Shown here one piece after another: positions 11,279 through 22,885 of a DNA stretch of 37,754 nucleotides. Location of the stretch: contig JAQGDQ010001502.1 of the NCBI GenBank assembly GCA_030141605.1, forward strand, positions 1-37,754, in the 5' to 3' direction. A program made the translations under genes and the position numbers. The DNA is from Tubiluchus corallicola (lineage: Eukaryota > Animalia > Priapulida). Numbering within the stretch: position 1 is the first letter of the stretch; each line of letters opens with the position of its first letter. The notes under the pieces were generated by a model, which saw only the letters and a list, made by a program, of their open reading frames with translations, was not told where the DNA came from and did not search any database.

Positions 11279-12284
11279 CAGTGATACCTCGAGATACGAA
11301 ATTAATTCGTTCCGGAGGGGCTTTCGTATCTTAGAATTTCATATTATGAGACAAGATTTACCCTATAAGTGGCGTACAGTCATACCTCGGTTTTCGACCA
11401 TAATTCGTTCCTAAAAAGTGTTTGAAAACCAATTTGGTTGAGTACCGAATCATTTATTCCCATCATAAGAAATAATGTAAAAGCAAATAATCCGTTCTCA
11501 AGCACCAAATGAACTGTAAAGTATTTCTAAAAGGAAATATAATAATGTAAAAATGTTTATCTAAACAGAAGATATGATATAACTGATGAGAAAACATAAT
11601 AGAATTACTTAGAAAGAACAACATAATTACTCCTGCATGAAAAACCTTACGTGTTGGTAGCAGTGTGATGGTATACGTAAGCAAGAACAGAAACACATGT
11701 ATGACTCGGGCACGTTCGGTTACGCTCGGCTCTACTCGGCTCGCCGCGCATGCGTTCATTAGGTGTTTGGTGGTTGGTCGAATACCGAAATTCTGGTCGA
11801 GAACGGAGACAAGTTAGAATTTTCTGGTTGAAAACCGATTTGTATGAGTACTGAGACGTTCGACAACAGAGGTATGACTGTAATTCGTTCCAGTTTATCC
11901 GCCCCCCCGAAACAGTCGTATAAAGTGTAAATATTGTGCTTGGTTTGACTTTACAATTTCAAGATTTGTTTCCATCAACATCATCTTTTTCTTCTTATCA
12001 CTACCACTGACACTGGATTTTTCGGACCCGTGGTTATTGAATGCAAATGAACACAAATTTACTCAAAATGCACAGCATAAAAACACAAGACAATGGACAA
12101 GAGCAGAACAAAGCGTTCACGTGATGCTACGAAATGCATTCTGGGAGGACCATTGTCCGGCGGCAATTTCAATTTTCGTTTTCTTGAATATTTTTTCATT
12201 AAACGGGACAGAAATTTCTTCGGAACCCCATTCGCATTCTGAATTTTTCGTACAATAAGGTTTTCGTAGGTCGAGGTGCCACTG
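11279..12284. mobile_element. pogo/Tigger-like MITE (outer, older)
   Basis: Imperfect TIRs CAGTGATACCTCGAGATACGAAA ... TTTCGTAGGTCGAGGTGCCACTG; interrupted by 11377-11880. Confidence 0.65.
11377..11880. mobile_element. pogo/Tigger-like MITE (nested)
   Basis: TA TSD on both sides; TIR CAGTCATACCTC.GTT.TCGA ... TCGACAACAGAGGTATGACTG. Confidence 0.85.
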
Positions 12285-12305
12285 TCAAAAAAAATCGCAA
12301 CTTAC

Positions 12306-12378
12306 CTATATACAAACTGTTACGGTTTTGCCAATAATGATGTATCTGAACAATAAACGGGTGATGTCCCAACATCCA
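12306..12378 (-). CDS. RSKR: RSKR-like kinase, coding exon 6 (WMLGHHPFIVQIHHYWQNRNSLYI)
   Basis: HPFIV motif; CAG acceptor, GTAAGT donor; 73 nt, phase 0/1. Confidence 0.93.
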
Positions 12379-12545
12379 CTGTCAATAAAGTTATAAATTA
12401 ATACAAACTCAGTAGAATAAATAGTTCTACAACCACCAAAACGTTAAACGAAAACGGCAACAGAGTAAAGTGACATGTGAAAAAGCAGTTTTACTCAATT
12501 AGTTAACATTAAGTCATTAATTTTTCAAGTCATTTTAGAACTTAA

Positions 12546-14456
12546 GCTAGGACTCCGAATGGGCGTAATGCATGATCTGTGATATGCAATGCGTCATTCA
12601 TTTTGACCGTTTCCATGTGTCCGTAAACGCTACGCATATTAACAAAGCTCACGGCGCTCTTTCCACCATTTCTGGTCTCTATAAGCAAGAATTTTTGAAA
12701 ATTTGTGGAAATTTAAGCGTGAAATTACAGCTACAGCATTAAATTATTATTGTACTATTAGACGGAAGGAAAAGCACAGGTTTTGGGTGCATAACATTTT
12801 GCAGGGAAGAAAACATATGGTTTTTATCATCCTTTAGTGAGAAAAATACAGTTTCATGCACAACACATAACTACATGCTTCTTCCACCTCTCAAAAACCC
12901 AAATAGAAAAAATATTATTGTTTATTGGTCCTAAAGTGACCAAAACTCACGTAACTAAAATTTTCAGAAAGTTAAACAGCGAAAACGGTCACCGGAAACT
13001 TGAAAACTAAAATCACCTAGGCAACGGCGGTTTCCCATCTGCGTACTGCTGCGCGATGCATATTCAGACGATAGCGATCACGTTCGAATGAAAACTGATC
13101 ACGCATTACGTACAAATGGAAACACTTTTACATGTTTAAATACAAACTGTTGTATATGCATTACGCATCACGCATTACGTACAAATGGAAACACTTTTAC
13201 ATGTTTAAATACAAACTGTTGTATACGCATTACGGATCACGCATTACGTACAAATGGAAACACTTTTACATGTTTAAATACAAACTGTTGTATACGCATT
13301 ACGCATCACGCATTACGTACAAATGGAAACACTTTTACATGTTTAAATACAAACTGTTGTATACGCATCACGCATTACGTACACATGGAAACACTTCCAC
13401 TTGTTTAAATACAAACTGTTGTATACGCATTACGCATGCATTACGTACAAATGGAAACACTTTTACATGTTAAATACAAACTGTTGTATACGCATTATGC
13501 ATCACGCATTACGTACAAATGGAAACACTTTTACATGTTTAAATACAAACTGTTGTATACGCATTACGCATCACGCATTACGTACAAATGGAAACACTTT
13601 TACATGTTTAAATACAAACTGTTGTATGTTTAAATACAAACTGTTGTATACGCATTACGCATCACGCATTACGTACAAATGGAAACACTTTTACATGTTT
13701 AAATACAAACTGTTGTATACGCATTACGCATCACGCATTACGTACAAATGGAAACACTTTTACATGTTTAAATACAAACTGTTGTATACGCATTACGCAT
13801 CACGTATTACGTACAAATGGAAACACTTTTACATGTTTAAATACAAACTGTTGTATACGCATTACGCATCACGCATTACGTACAAATGGAAACACTTTTA
13901 CATGTTTAAATACAAACTGTTGTATACGCATTACGCATCACGCATTACGTACAAATGGAAACACTTTTACATGTTTAAATACAAACTGTTGTATATGCAT
14001 TACGCATCACGCATTACGTACAAATGGAAACACTTTTACATGTTTAAATACAAACTGTTGTATACGCATTACGGATCACGCATTACGTACAAATGGAAAC
14101 ACTTTTACATGTTTAAATACAAACTGTTGTATACGCATTACGCATCACGCATTACGTACAAATGGAAACACTTTTACATGTTTAAATACAAACTGTTGTA
14201 TACGCATTACGCATCACACATTGCGTACAAATGGAAACACTTTTACATGTTTAAATACAAACTGTTGTATACGCATTACGCATCACGCATTGCGTACAAA
14301 TGGAAACACTTTTACATGTTTAAATACAAACTGTTGTATACGCATTACGCATCACGCATTACGTACAAATGGAAACACTTTTACATGTTTAAATACAAAC
14401 TGTTGTATACGTATTACGGACAAGCATCACGCATTACGTATAAATGGAGCCGTACC
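12546..14456. mobile_element. Kolobok-like non-autonomous element carrying the 69-bp array
   Basis: TTAA on both sides. Left end GCTAGGACTCC.......CGTAATGCATGAT matches the reverse complement of the right end, GGTACGGCTCC.......CGTAATGCGTGAT. Superfamily inferred from TTAA plus G-starting TIR. Confidence 0.6.
13098..14448. repeat. 69-bp minisatellite, about 19-20 copies
   Basis: Unit ATCACGCATTACGTACAAATGGAAACACTTTTACATGTTTAAATACAAACTGTTGTATACGCATTACGC at 13098, 13167 etc. Confidence 0.97.
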
Positions 14457-14587
14457 TTAAGTCTATAAATTGCTATGGTGATTCTGATGTTGTGTAATTT
14501 TGGAATTTTGTTTGTTGATCTGTTTTAAAACTCATATTTTTATTTACAATGAAACATGTTACAGTCATAACTGCAAGAAGACGTTAC

Positions 14588-14656
14588 CTGTATAGTGACT
14601 TCGTCTTTACATTGTTGAACAGCATTGCCCCGAAAGATTTGCGCTTTCGACAAAAT
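14588..14656 (-). CDS. RSKR: RSKR-like kinase, coding exon 5 (ILSKAQIFRGNAVQQCKDEVTIQ)
   Basis: alphaC Glu in QCKDEV; CAG acceptor, GTAACG donor; 69 nt, phase 0/0. Confidence 0.93.
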
Positions 14657-14789
14657 CTGTAAATAAAAAAAAACTGTTAATAAGTTAAAGTTAATAATAG
14701 TTTATTTTAAATAATATAAGCATTTTGATCAAAAGAGGTGAGCATTCTCCATCAGAGAGGAAATTTGAAGTGAAATTTTGGCCTTTCAA

Positions 14790-15358
14790 ACCTCTAATCA
14801 AACATGAATTTCAAGATTTCGAATTTGTATCGAATTTGTATCATTTTCAAATGTTTTCGAATCATTAATAAAAAGTGTTCTTGCAAAGATCATTGCATAT
14901 TGCTTACTGCAAGGCAGAATAAATCTTATAATATTTTGTTTTTTTCTGCTGTTAAAACATCAACAATTTGTTTAAAAATTGTGCACAAGAATCACAGTTA
15001 AATTGTGCACAAGAATCACAGTTAAATTGTGCACAACAATCACAGTTAAATTGTGCACAAGAATCACAGTTAAATTGTGCACCAGAATCACAGTTAAATT
15101 GTGCACAACAATCACAGTTAAATTGTGCACAAGAATCACAGTTAAATTGTGCACAAGAATCACGGTTAAATTGTGCACAAGAATCACGGTTAAATTGTGC
15201 ACAACAATGACAGTTAAATTGTGCTGATTGAATGATGTTTCAAACACTTTGATGATAAAGAACTTTTGCAGTTGAAATAACTAATTATTCGAATTCTTAC
15301 TTTTAGGTTCGAAATGAATTTCAACTAAAAAAAACAGAATATTCGATGGTCACACCTA
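14790..15358 (-). mobile_element. Degenerate MITE-like repeat, homologous to about 35427-35760; left boundary approximate
   Basis: Reverse complement aligns by eye to 35530-35680 (TGTTTGAAA...CAATC.GCACAA...TTGTTGTGCACAATTTTTAAAC...ATGATCTT.GCAAGA); TAG-starting end with TTCGAA motifs. Confidence 0.55.
14977..15223. repeat. 24-bp minisatellite, about 10 copies
   Basis: Unit AATTGTGCACAAGAATCACAGTTA. Confidence 0.97.
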
Positions 15359-15851
15359 TTAAACATACCTTACTTAGTATTTTTTTCATACTAGTTTTTT
15401 TAATGTGATATTACGGCGATAATTTCAAAATCAGCATAGCTTATACACGTCAATTTTTCCAGGCCGGGGTGGGGCTAAGCCACTTTTACCCGAAAAATAC
15501 AGTGCCAAAGAGCGCAGGCCAACTTCGTGTTGGGACATGCTTGACCCCCCCCATGATCAAAAAATGCCCGGATTTCGAGATTTCCTTTCATGAAAAATAT
15601 ATTTTTATTTTTTTCATCATTTGGCCGGTGCCCGAAAAACTTGGTGATTGCCCGAACAATGCGTTTGCCCGAATCCAGGGGGACAAAAGCCCTCCCGGCT
15701 CATACGCCTATGAAAATGAGGAGGATATTTATTAGCTAGGACACTGAAAAAGTTAAACCACATACATAGAAGTCAGACTACAAAATCTAACTTGGCTGAA
15801 AGCTGCTAGGAAGAAAATTTCTGGAAATCTCACCTTGACTGTTCCGTAATA

Positions 15852-16278
15852 CAGGGTTCCTACAGAATTTTAAAATAAACTTCCCTGACTTTTCCCTGAT
15901 TTTTCCCTGACCAAATATTAATTTTCCATGACCAAGATAAGCAGAAATTGCATTACCACTATACATATTCAAACATTTTTATGTATGAACATTCATACAT
16001 ATACTGATATATAATGTGTTGGCCAATCATTATTTTTGGAACAGAAATTGAAACTGGGAGCCTGTGATATAGCAAAATTGTTTTTTGAACAGAGAGAATT
16101 GCTGAAAAAAATCTTTGGAAAAAGATCGGTTCACGGTGATTATTTTTGCAACCTTTCCAATTTCCCCGACTTTTCGCCCCATTTTCATCGTTTTATCAAA
16201 TATAGTTTTTCCCTGACTTTCCATGACTTTCCAACATTGCCTGTATTTTCAAGGATTTTCCAGGATTCTCCCTGACCG
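15852..16278 (-). mobile_element. CAGGGTTCC-terminated MITE, copy lacking one TIR
   Basis: Inverted relative of 32567-32968; TTCCCTGA subterminal repeats. Confidence 0.8.
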
Positions 16279-16399
16279 TTAAATTTCTGCACAAAATGCA
16301 ATATGCAGTATGACTGCCTCATTAAAAGGTTTCCTCTATTGGATATCTCACAAAACAACAAGTAATGAAACAACTTTGTAACGTGTTACAATTACATAC

Positions 16400-16483
16400 T
16401 TTCATGGCAAATTTTTGGCCAGTATCCTTTCGGATGACTTTAAGCACCTCTCCAAAAGCACCTTTTCCTAATTTCTTTACAAC
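16400..16483 (-). CDS. RSKR: RSKR-like kinase, coding exon 4 (VVKKLGKGAFGEVLKVIRKDTGQKFAMK)
   Basis: GxGxxG loop and AMK catalytic lysine; TAG acceptor, GTATGT donor; 84 nt. Confidence 0.95.
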
Positions 16484-16538
16484 CTAAAACAGAATACAAA
16501 ATAAAATGTGTCGTTTTATAGATACCAGATATCATATG

Positions 16539-16905
16539 TGTTGTGGAGATCGCTGGCATCTATTAGAATTAAATAGAACATTGTAGAATGTTCCATTAGA
16601 ATAATCGTCTTACCTTGTAGAATGTTCTACAAAGAAACGTCTAGAATGTTCCCTGACGCGCTATATAAGGCGAAGCAGGCCGCTGAGAGACACACGCTGA
16701 TTCACACGGACGCCACTTACTCCTTCTCTTGTATACTTGTTTTCAGATACACTTAAACGTTTTCCAGATTTTCACGTTTAGTGTAATCATTTCGCGTTCC
16801 TTCATACTTTTGCGTTTTAGAATTCTCGCTTAATAAACTAGTTTAATTTGATGAAGTGTTTTTTGGTTTTCTCTACGAGCCTTCCGAGAGAAACAAAACA
16901 CAACA
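16539..16905 (+). mobile_element. Solo LTR, copy 1
   Basis: TGTTGTG...CACAACA ends; TATATAA near 16662; AATAAA near 16833; perfect 5-bp TSD ATATG. Confidence 0.88.
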
Positions 16906-18488
16906 ATATGCTTGCTTGTTAACGGCATAGGTATATTTTTCGAAATTTAGACTTGAAAAAAACTAAAATTTTAAATGAATAAATGACTAACATAAAATTG
17001 ACATGTACATAAACACAACACAGTCATACTAATATCTAGCTTTTTTCACTTTTATGGGCTTTTACAACAGATCAAGCATGAAATATTTAATTTTTGTACC
17101 GGTACTTTATCAGGAACATTAGTGGGTAAGTCCTAACATGTTTCTAATTTAAGCTTTTGAATTTATATACAAATTAGATATAAATTAACGGCTCTATGGC
17201 ATTATCAATAGGGCTTCTGCATTCACTCAATGTATCAGACTGCTGCATATTACTTATCATTGACATAGTTCTTACATAATATCAAAGTTTCAGAATAATG
17301 TTAAACTTGTCCAATAGGACCATGTTTTATGAAGAAGTTCTGAAGGTAAATGCTAAGACACTCGAATACAGGTAGAATTCAAGTAGAATATAGGTGAGCT
17401 TTATTTATATAAATCATTAATAACACTATACATTGCTCTCTCAGTTTAAGTCACATGCTTACTCAGTGATCTCTGAAAGCCAACTGACCAGGTAAGTTTT
17501 TTTCCATGAAGTAAAAGGAAGCCAGCAATTCAATGAAGGTAAATGTTATGCATACTAGTTCAAGCATGAAAGTTTAGACTGTATATAAAGAAATAGACTT
17601 ATGTTATAGCTGAAATTTCTTGTGTGGGATTTTTAATGTTTTAACAAGAGAATGTAATAATATGACTAATGATCATAATTAAGAACTAATAAAAAATAAG
17701 ATAAAGAAATCGTGAGCTTCACGACATGTTTTAAATTTAGCAATACAATACCAAACACGAACAAAATCAACATAGACAAAAAACCAGTAACTCATTTGTA
17801 ATGACGAAATTGTTCTTAGAATTGTGAGATGATTAACAAACATTGCCTGTAGAAATTTGCAATCATTTTATTGTAAAATGTACAATGTTCACCTCAATCA
17901 CAAAATTGAACAAACAGTCATAAAGTTAGCAATATGATATTTAACAGTAGAAATTTTGCATCCTTTCTCAATGCTGTCTCTAGATCAACTGAAACTTGCA
18001 TGCCTGAGAGAATAAAGCTGTAATCACATGACCAGACATACAAGTTCCTATTGGAAGGTACATCACATTCATGCATACAGACCATAAATGGAAAGGTCAC
18101 CTATACTCTACAGACTACTAGTTAAACCAAAATCAATGTCTACTTGGCTTCTTTGAGAGCAGAATAAAGATTATTGGTTTACAGAAAGCTGTGTTATAAT
18201 GTTATAATTTTTCTCTATTTAAACTTGAATAAGAGAGTTAGAACCAGAATTAAAGCATGAAATTAACAATCTAATTACTCTGATTAATGAATATCTATAA
18301 AAGCAAAAGGAAATAATATTTAGAAACAAAAATCAATCTCTGACAAACTTTGTATAATTAGAGTAAAACAACGACTGTAGATGGCAGCATAGACTAATTC
18401 AGTACCTTAGTGTAGTAGACATAATATCACAATAGGATCACATAATACTATAATCGCGTACTCGGTACAATAAGCGACATTGCCTTAC

Positions 18489-18593
18489 CTCAAAATCCCT
18501 TTCATCGACATTTCCTTTCAACGGGAAGACAGGTAAAAAGAGAGCCTCTACTAATGGAATTGGCCATTTGTCTGATGATTTTTCCAAATGTTC
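18489..18593 (-). CDS. RSKR: RSKR-like kinase, coding exon 3 (EHLEKSSDKWPIPLVEALFLPVFPLKGNVDERDFE)
   Basis: WPxP...LFLPxFP pre-kinase motif that I recognise as typical of RSKR/SGK494; TAG acceptor, GTAAGG donor; 105 nt. Confidence 0.9.
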
Positions 18594-18678
18594 CTATAGA
18601 CATTTTGCAAAAATGTTAAAGTCATTCGCTTTATGATTCTAAAATCAGAGCACGTAAAATTTGGCTAGTAACTAACAC

Positions 18679-20311
18679 AGTCGGTACAGTAAACTCCTGA
18701 CTCTGACTACGACTCCCAGAAGATTCAACTCCAACTCTGTTTCCGGCGCCTAACCCAACTCCAACCCTGTTTCCGGCGCCTGCCTTTAAATAATAGTTTG
18801 TAGTACCATCAATATTTAGCTACAGTGGTATTCATCACTATTACTCGAAAAACAGCTGCATAGACACGAATATGAAAGCATCCCAAAATAAGACATTATG
18901 CATGGACAGAAGAAAATCATTTTAATTACTCTAAATTTAAATTTATGTTGTATTGCCATCATACTTTTTTGAGTTTTGCATAGTGCTGCCACCTTCAGGT
19001 GTTCTTGTTAACATTGTTAAATCTTTCTCCTTACTGTTTAGATTTTCATTGGCTTCTACAGTCTTTATGAATGCATAATCTCTAAACCTGTTTTCACACC
19101 TAAATGATTTCATCTGTAGTTTTGGTCACTTGGTTTTCTGCTTTTCAATATGACACTACTTCACTGTTTATGTAGACATTTCAGAATAAAAACTTAAAAC
19201 TAAATTTCAAGTTTTTTGGTTTCTTCAAACTAATGCAAAAATGCATAACAGGAGTCCGAGTTTGTCTGTTTTTTACCGACTCCTCTAACAATAAGTGTAC
19301 TCCTGAGTCCCGACTGTGACTCCAACACCCTAAGTTTTAACAACTCTGACTCCTCTAACAATAAGTGTACTCCCGAGTCCCGACTGTGACTCCAAAACCC
19401 TAAGTTTTAACAACTCTGACTCCTCTAACAATAAGTGTACTCCCGAGTCCCGACTGTGACTCCAAAACCCTAAGTTTTAACAACTCTGACTCCTCTAACA
19501 ATAAGTGTACTCCCGAGTCCCGACTGTGACTCCAAAACCCTAAGTTTTAACAACTCTGACTCCTCTAACAATAAGTGTACTCCCGAGTTCCGACTGCGAC
19601 TCCAAAACCCTAAGTTTTAACAACTCTGACTCCTCTAACAATAAGTGTACTCCCGAGTCCCGACTGCGACTCCAAAACCCCAAGTTTTAACAACTCTGAC
19701 TCCTCTAACAATAAGTGTGCTCCGGAGTCCCGACTGTGACTCCAAAACCCCAAGTTTTAACAACTCTGACTCCTCTAACAATAAGTGTACTCCCGAGTCC
19801 CGACTGCGACTCCAAAACCCTAAGTTTTAACAACTCTGACTCCTCTAACAATAAGTGTACTCCTGAGTCCCGACTGCGACTCCAAAACCCTAAGTTTTAA
19901 CAACTCTGACTCCTCTAACAATAAGTGTACTCCCGAGTCCCGACTGCGACTCCAAAACCCTAAGTTTTAACAACTCTGACTCCTCTAACAATAAGTGTGC
20001 TCCGGAGTCCCGACTCCGAGTCCAAAATCCTAAGCTTTAACAACTCTGACTCCTCTAACAATAAGTGTGCTCCTGAGTCCCGACTGCGACTCCAAAACCC
20101 TAAGTTTTAACAACTCTGACTCCTCTAACAATAAGTGTACTCCTGAGTCCCGACTGCGACTCCAAAACCCTAAGTTTTAACAACTCTGACTCCTCTAACA
20201 ATAAGTGTACTCCTGAGTCCCGACTGCAACTCCAAAACCCTAAGTTTTAACAACTCTGACTCTAACTCCTTTAGCCATGAGTTTACCGCCGACTCCGACT
20301 CCACATCCCTG
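18679..20311. mobile_element. hAT-like MITE with GACTCC subterminal repeats, containing the 70-bp array
   Basis: Right end CCGACTCCGACTCCACATCCCTG; left part aligns to 24216-24370, whose end CAGGGCTATGAAGTCGGA matches that TIR. Confidence 0.65.
19278..20262. repeat. 70-bp minisatellite, about 14 copies
   Basis: TCCTCTAACA recurs at 19281, 19351, 19421 etc. Confidence 0.97.
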
Positions 20312-20861
20312 ATCAAAACACAATAGCAGAAAATGAACTGTACAGTTTAAAGCAGTAAGAACAACAAGAAAATTCCCACATGTTATTATTACACTTACTC
20401 TATTTCGCACTCGTAAAGCGTGCAACACGGCTCGTAACTTCTCGGGCAACTTGCGGAATCTGATTGGGATTTTTATACACAATTAAAAAGCTAATCACAA
20501 GCTTAAAGTCATGTAATCCTGAGTGAAATCCGTTTAAAAATATTACATACAAAATAATATTGCAAATTTGGATTACACACAAAATAATATTGCAAATTTG
20601 GAATTGCTTGGTAAAAAGACTAAGCAGGGATGACTAGAAATCCTTTGGCTGCAACTTTAATTACCGGCACGTGAAAATAGCACTACAAAGGTATTGTTAC
20701 TAAGTGAATAAAACATATTATGAATTTCATTACTTTATTTGTAAATTTTCTATGAACATCAACAATTTACCAAAATCCTCAGATTTTCTTATAGACCTTT
20801 CAGCCACAGTGCCGGATTAAGAGGGGGCCCTGAACCACTGACCAATATAGGCCGTGATGGT

Positions 20862-21410
20862 ATGTTGTTGGCATCCTTCTGTCTCGGAAGACAATGGAGT
20901 GTGCGCCAAGAGAGTCAGTTATTGATCACATTGATGGAGCTGCAGCATTGGCTGTGGCTGAGCAGTGCGATCCTTGAACGTCTCCAGGGTGCACGCCTGG
21001 GCAAGGTGTATGGAGATCCTGAGTTGCCCAGACAACAGGAACCCCCTCTCTTCCTCCCTGGTGTAGTCCAAAGGAAAGCGGAGCGATACGTTTGGCACCA
21101 GGTTGGCTGCAGGAGCTGCCGGAGTCAGTGAGCATGCTGCACTGGTCCGCCTTCGGAGCTCCACTCCTGATTTGGAAGGTTCATTCCTCTACACATGGCC
21201 GTTGGGTCACTTGACCTTCTCCGCCCTCTAGCCGTTGGCTGCTTGTGCAGCTCCCCCACCTAGTGTCGAGATACAGTGTGGGCATCTCGCAAGCCTACAG
21301 CACCTGGTATTCCTAGGCGGTCACCCATCCAAGTACTAACCAGGCTCTATGTTGCTTAACTTCGGTGATCAGACGAGAACCGGTGTTTTCAACGTGATAT
21401 GGCCGTAGTT
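20862..21410 (-). mobile_element. 5S rRNA-headed SINE (SINE3 type), copy 1
   Basis: 5S-like head at 21291-21410 runs without a T4 terminator into a body of about 430 bp shared with copy 2; ends GTCTTCCGAGACAGAAGGATGCCAACAAC. Confidence 0.88.
21291..21410 (-). pseudogene. Full-length 5S rRNA-derived sequence (SINE head)
   Basis: CTACGGCCATATCACGTTGAAAACACCGGTTCTCGTCTGATCACCGAAGTTAAGCAAC...GGTTAGTACTTGGATGGGTGACCGCCTAGGAATACCAGGTGCTGTAGGCTT; box A and box C regions intact. Confidence 0.92.
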
Positions 21411-22302
21411 AAAAAATGAAATTACGGTTGCGGTAAGTATTAAGTTACTGAAGGAAATTATTATTGTTGTTATTATTATTATTATTATTATGATGACTTG
21501 ACGAGCCAGTGGTCAAGCCTAGTTCAAATAATCTCTATTTCTCTCTTTAGTCATGTTTCATGACTTGACGTGTGGGATCAGACCAGCACTCATCAGAACC
21601 GTTTTCTCGAAATTGAAAAATAGGGAAGAAAGAGTTAATTATGAAAATGATAACTGCTCATTTGATTGCAGTACAAAAATGAACTTTTAAAGATTATTAC
21701 AGCTAATAATAGGTGATAACCTCTGACGCTATTTTCACCAACTGATAAAATAGTCAGAGTTAAACCAAACATTCTCTTTTTGAAATTGACACACCGTGCA
21801 TAATATGTGGCGACTTTAGTAGCACAGTGCCATAAAACATGTCCTTTGCTTGTGTAGGTGTCATGAGTCACATGCATGGTTTCATGCATATTTTACGATG
21901 CAACAAATGTAGTGCCACCTAGCATGCAGAATGCAAACTATAAAGATTTCACGAATCAAAATGAACACTGCCACTCAAAAACTGTAATTTTGCATTTTTA
22001 AATACAATTACTAAATCTCATGCAGAACAAAGTATAAAACTAAAATGGTGTGAAGAAAAAAACATGAAATATTTAGCTGTTTAACCTGTAGGTAACACGG
22101 CACTTACCAAATAAAGATACAATTTTTCAACTATTAGCAACAGTAAAAGTTACTGCTGTTGTACTTGGTAAATACTACCAAACTATTTAAGTTTTTTTTG
22201 AACAATAAATGACAGTTTTTTTTTCAAATCTTTGCATGCAGTACGTAAAAGTTTAAACAGCTAAAATTAATCAGTTTTAAAAATAAAAATATGCGCCATC
22301 AC

Positions 22303-22440
22303 CTTGGAAGAGTTTTTGTTTAAGGAACCCCAAATCCTGAACGACCCAAGGCTACGGATAGAACCAAAGGATCTGACTTTCTCTTTGAAAAGACTACCAA
22401 TGCTCCCAACACTTCGCAGACTGCCACTCCGACTAGAAGA
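22303..22440 (-). CDS. RSKR: RSKR-like kinase, coding exon 2 (SSSRSGSLRSVGSIGSLFKEKVRSFGSIRSLGSFRIWGSLNKNSSK)
   Basis: TTTTCCAG acceptor, AAG/GTGATG donor; 138 nt open, phase 0/0; GC-richer than flanks. Confidence 0.75.
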
Positions 22441-22721
22441 CTGGAAAATAATCATCGTGTAAAGTATCTGATCGTGCAACTTTGAGAAATCTAGAATTGT
22501 GCACAGTCGAAATTCCAAAACAATGCAAGTAATAAATAGCAGGTAAACAGAAAGATATTGTCAGACAGATAGACTGACGGACAGACAGACAGACAAACAA
22601 ACAAATAACATTATCTTTGGCTTCAATGTTTCTGCAAAAGAAAAAAAACAATTATTCTTTTCAAATGAATGAAAATGTTGAAATTTTCCTACAGCTTTAA
22701 AACACTTGTCAACTGAATACC

Positions 22722-22885
22722 ATTAGATTAGATATGATTAGATTAGATTAGATTAGATTAGATGAGATTTTATTAATCTCATTTAAAGTTACTCATATAA
22801 TATATACAACGTTTCTTTAAGATGATAAACACTACATTGAGACGGGGTGGCGAAAGTCCAAGAGGTCACCTAGCAGTCACCCCTA
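22722..22885 (-). mobile_element. Probable LINE/SINE 3' end with (TCTAA)n tail
   Basis: On the - strand a GC-richer segment is followed by AATAAA and (ATCTA)n; 5' extent unknown. Confidence 0.35.

Noticed and set aside
13088-14468. 355-aa and overlapping repetitive ORFs
   Set aside because: Arise because the 69-bp unit is a multiple of 3 and lacks stops in two frames; indels switch frames freely
15436-15711. Possible MITE ending TACGCCTATG; also lone ends near 20807 and 27548
   Set aside because: Only one convincing terminus each, so boundaries cannot be supported
20862-21164. ORFs here and at 33428-33896
   Set aside because: Incidental frames in the GC-rich SINE body; indels between copies break them
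21291-21410. Functional 5S rRNA gene
   Set aside because: No oligo-T terminator, fused to a repeat body, dispersed rather than tandem
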